Positions 62,277 to 64,000 of a DNA stretch of 64,000 nucleotides are shown piece after piece. The stretch lies in the NCBI GenBank assembly GCA_046483495.1, contig JAWODC010000049.1, positions 31,019 to 95,018 on the forward strand, in the 5' to 3' direction. Positions within the stretch are counted from its first letter, which is position 1. Every line of letters begins with the position of its first letter. The notes below the pieces were generated by a model that saw only the letters and a list, made by a program, of their open reading frames with translations, searched no databases and was not told the origin of the DNA. A program made the translations under genes and the position numbers. This stretch comes from Desulfobacterales bacterium. Lineage in GTDB: Bacteria; Desulfobacterota; Desulfobacteria; Desulfobacterales; UBA5616.

Positions 62277-63068
62277 ATGACGGATCTGAGCAGATTTTCT
62301 CTCGAAGGCAAAGTCGCCATGGTGACCGGCGGGAGTAAAGGCATCGGGCGGATGACGGCCATTGGTTTTGCAAAGGCGGGTGCGGATGTCATCATCGTCA
62401 GCCGAAAAATGGAGGAACTGGAAAACGTCGCCGCAGAAATAGAAGAAGCCGGGCAGCGGGCGCTGCCCATTTCGGCTCATATCGGGCGTATCGCTGAATT
62501 GCCGAAAGTCGTAGAAAAAGCGGCTGCAGAATTCGGGAAGATCGATATCCTTGTCAACAACGCCGCAACAAGCCCCGCTTATACAACCATACTGGAGGCC
62601 GAGGAGCGCCTGTGGGACACCATTATGAACCTGAACCTGAAAGGGGTTTACTTTCTTATTCAATCCGTAGCGAAAGTTATGAAGGCACACGGCGGCGGCA
62701 GTATCATCAATGTTTCCTCGATCGACAGCTTGAAACCGCAAAATCAGGTCGGCATATATTCCGTTTCGAAAGCAGGGCTGAACATGCTGACCAAATCCGC
62801 CGCCTTGGAGCTTGCTCCCTATAACATTCGGGTAAACGGTATCGCCCCCGGAGCGGTGCGGACCCGGCTTCTGGAAGCGCTGTTCGCCCATTTTCCAGAG
62901 GAGGAAAGGAATTCGGAAATCGCAAAAATGGGGGAATCCATGCCCTTGAAACGGGTCGCCGTGCCCGATGACATGGTAGGGGCAATGATTTATTTGGCAT
63001 CCGATGCGGCTGCCTATACAACGGGTGAAGTCATCGTTATAGACGGCGGCGCGCTGCTTGCCGATTGA
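62277..63068 (+). CDS. SDR-family oxidoreductase
   Basis: GKVAMVTGGSKGIGRMTAIGFAKAGADVII, NNAA, YSVSKAGLNMLTK. AAGGAGG upstream. Confidence 0.85.
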   Translation: MTDLSRFSLEGKVAMVTGGSKGIGRMTAIGFAKAGADVIIVSRKMEELENVAAEIEEAGQRALPISAHIGRIAELPKVVEKAAAEFGKIDILVNNAATSPAYTTILEAEERLWDTIMNLNLKGVYFLIQSVAKVMKAHGGGSIINVSSIDSLKPQNQVGIYSVSKAGLNMLTKSAALELAPYNIRVNGIAPGAVRTRLLEALFAHFPEEERNSEIAKMGESMPLKRVAVPDDMVGAMIYLASDAAAYTTGEVIVIDGGALLAD

Positions 63069-63094
63069 ATGCTGTTTTTGTGATTGTGGAACTC

Positions 63095-64000
63095 CTAACG
63101 GCCGTAAGCGTCCCTGACCTTCTGGCGCAGCATTTTTCCTGCCGGAGAAAACGGAATATCGTCTACAAACACAATGGATTTTGGAATTTTGTATCCGGCT
63201 AATTTCCCCCGGCAGAATGTGCTGATTTCCTCCGGGGTTGCCGTTTCGCCCGGTTTCAGCTTGATTATACCGCGCACTCGGCTGCCCCACTCTTCATCGG
63301 GGACACCGATGATGCAGACTGCGTCGACCTTGGAATGGGTCGAAATGACTTCCTCCACTTCCAGAGGAAAAACTTTTTCTCCGCCTGTATTGATGCATTC
63401 CTTCTTGCGGTCGATCACCCGTATTTCACCGGTTTCATCGATGTAGCCCAGGTCGCCGCTTTTAAACCAGCCGTCCGCCATTGCAAGCCGGGTTTTTTCA
63501 TCGTCCTTGTAGTAGCCCTTCATCAGGGTAGTGGATCGGTACAAAATTTCGCCGGTTTCGCCGCGCGCAACTTCGTTGTTGTTTTCATCCACAACCTTGA
63601 CATCCACGATGGAGCTGCCCACGGACCTGTCCTTGATTTGGTCAGGATCGATATCGATCTTGAAAGAGGTTACCGGGGTCATCTCCGTCTGTCCGAACGC
63701 GTCCAGGATCATGGCCTCCGGGAAGGCTTGCAGAATTTTCTTCTTCAATTCTGACGGACAGGCACCGCCGCCGGTGGCCACGAGCCGAATCGATTGGACA
63801 TTATAGGTGTCGAAGTACGGGTACGTTAAGAGTTTCTTCCATCCTGTGGGGACGTTTGCCAGGCTGTACACCTGCTCATCTTCAACGAGTCTGAGAATAT
63901 CGGCGGGATCGAACTTGGGGCTTTTGGGAAGAACATAACAGACCGATCCGGTAAGAGCCCCCATCATCAGGTTTGCATAGGCGGCGTCATGAAAAAAGGG
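63095..64000 (-). CDS. AMP-dependent acyl-CoA synthetase/ligase, C-terminal part (5' end beyond the right window edge)
   Basis: GETGEILYRSTTLMKGYYKDDEKT...DGWFKSGDLGYIDETGEIRVIDRKKECINTGGEKVFPLEVE...GKMLR. The frame is open to the window end, so the M at 63967 is internal. Confidence 0.8.
   Translation of the reverse strand, partial: PFFHDAAYANLMMGALTGSVCYVLPKSPKFDPADILRLVEDEQVYSLANVPTGWKKLLTYPYFDTYNVQSIRLVATGGGACPSELKKKILQAFPEAMILDAFGQTEMTPVTSFKIDIDPDQIKDRSVGSSIVDVKVVDENNNEVARGETGEILYRSTTLMKGYYKDDEKTRLAMADGWFKSGDLGYIDETGEIRVIDRKKECINTGGEKVFPLEVEEVISTHSKVDAVCIIGVPDEEWGSRVRGIIKLKPGETATPEEISTFCRGKLAGYKIPKSIVFVDDIPFSPAGKMLRQKVRDAYGR

Noticed and set aside
1-64000. Search for CRISPR arrays, tandem or interspersed repeats, IS elements, integrases, reverse transcriptases, toxin-antitoxin pairs and sigma54 (TGGCAC-N5-TTGC) promoters.
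   Set aside because: None found by eye. The near-matches to GG-N10-GC that I examined (near 12700, 25300, 25584, 35900, 56120 and 60740) all have wrong spacing or lack the GC element.

Overview
This 64-kb segment looks like ordinary chromosome from an anaerobic, Deltaproteobacteria-like (Desulfobacterales-type) organism. That taxonomic guess is an inference from gene content: a small siroheme sulfite reductase, NapH-like polyferredoxin, DUF362 proteins, an iron-sulfur flavoprotein, paired family III CoA-transferases and a selenoprotein. I support about 58 protein-coding genes. I found no rRNA, tRNA, CRISPR array, transposase, integrase or recognisable defence genes. There are three blocks. 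(1) 1-12.3 kb is a leucine/acetoacetate-type acyl-CoA island: acetoacetyl-CoA synthetase, methylcrotonyl-CoA-carboxylase-like beta subunit, a split alpha subunit (biotin carboxylase plus BCCP), two acyl-CoA dehydrogenases, two XRE-cupin regulators, and an MFS transporter with a hydrolase and an acetoacetate-decarboxylase-family gene. (2) 12.7-36.5 kb is a mixed stress/redox stretch: Hsp20, a GuaA-like PP-ATPase, a CDF-NifX fusion, peroxiredoxin, hydrolases, a TAT-DUF362 plus polyferredoxin pair, MATE, MsrAB, Usp, nitroreductase, a MenB-like protein and VKOR. (3) 36.6-64 kb holds a long minus-strand run of unusual redox genes, a DUF362/EF-hand/flavoprotein unit, a DASS-OYE-PlsB-Hsp20 block and a CoA-transferase / ADP-forming CoA-ligase cluster. 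The best-supported non-obvious call is a selenocysteine peroxiredoxin: an in-frame TGA at the peroxidatic Cys with a SECIS-like hairpin, which the ORF track splits in two. The most plausible uncharacterised system is a soluble fumarate-reductase-like flavoprotein whose Fe-S subunit appears split, next to a promoter- and terminator-bounded small sulfite-reductase-like gene. A second candidate is the two DUF362-centred redox modules. None of these can be shown to be novel from sequence alone. All functional hypotheses are labelled as inference.
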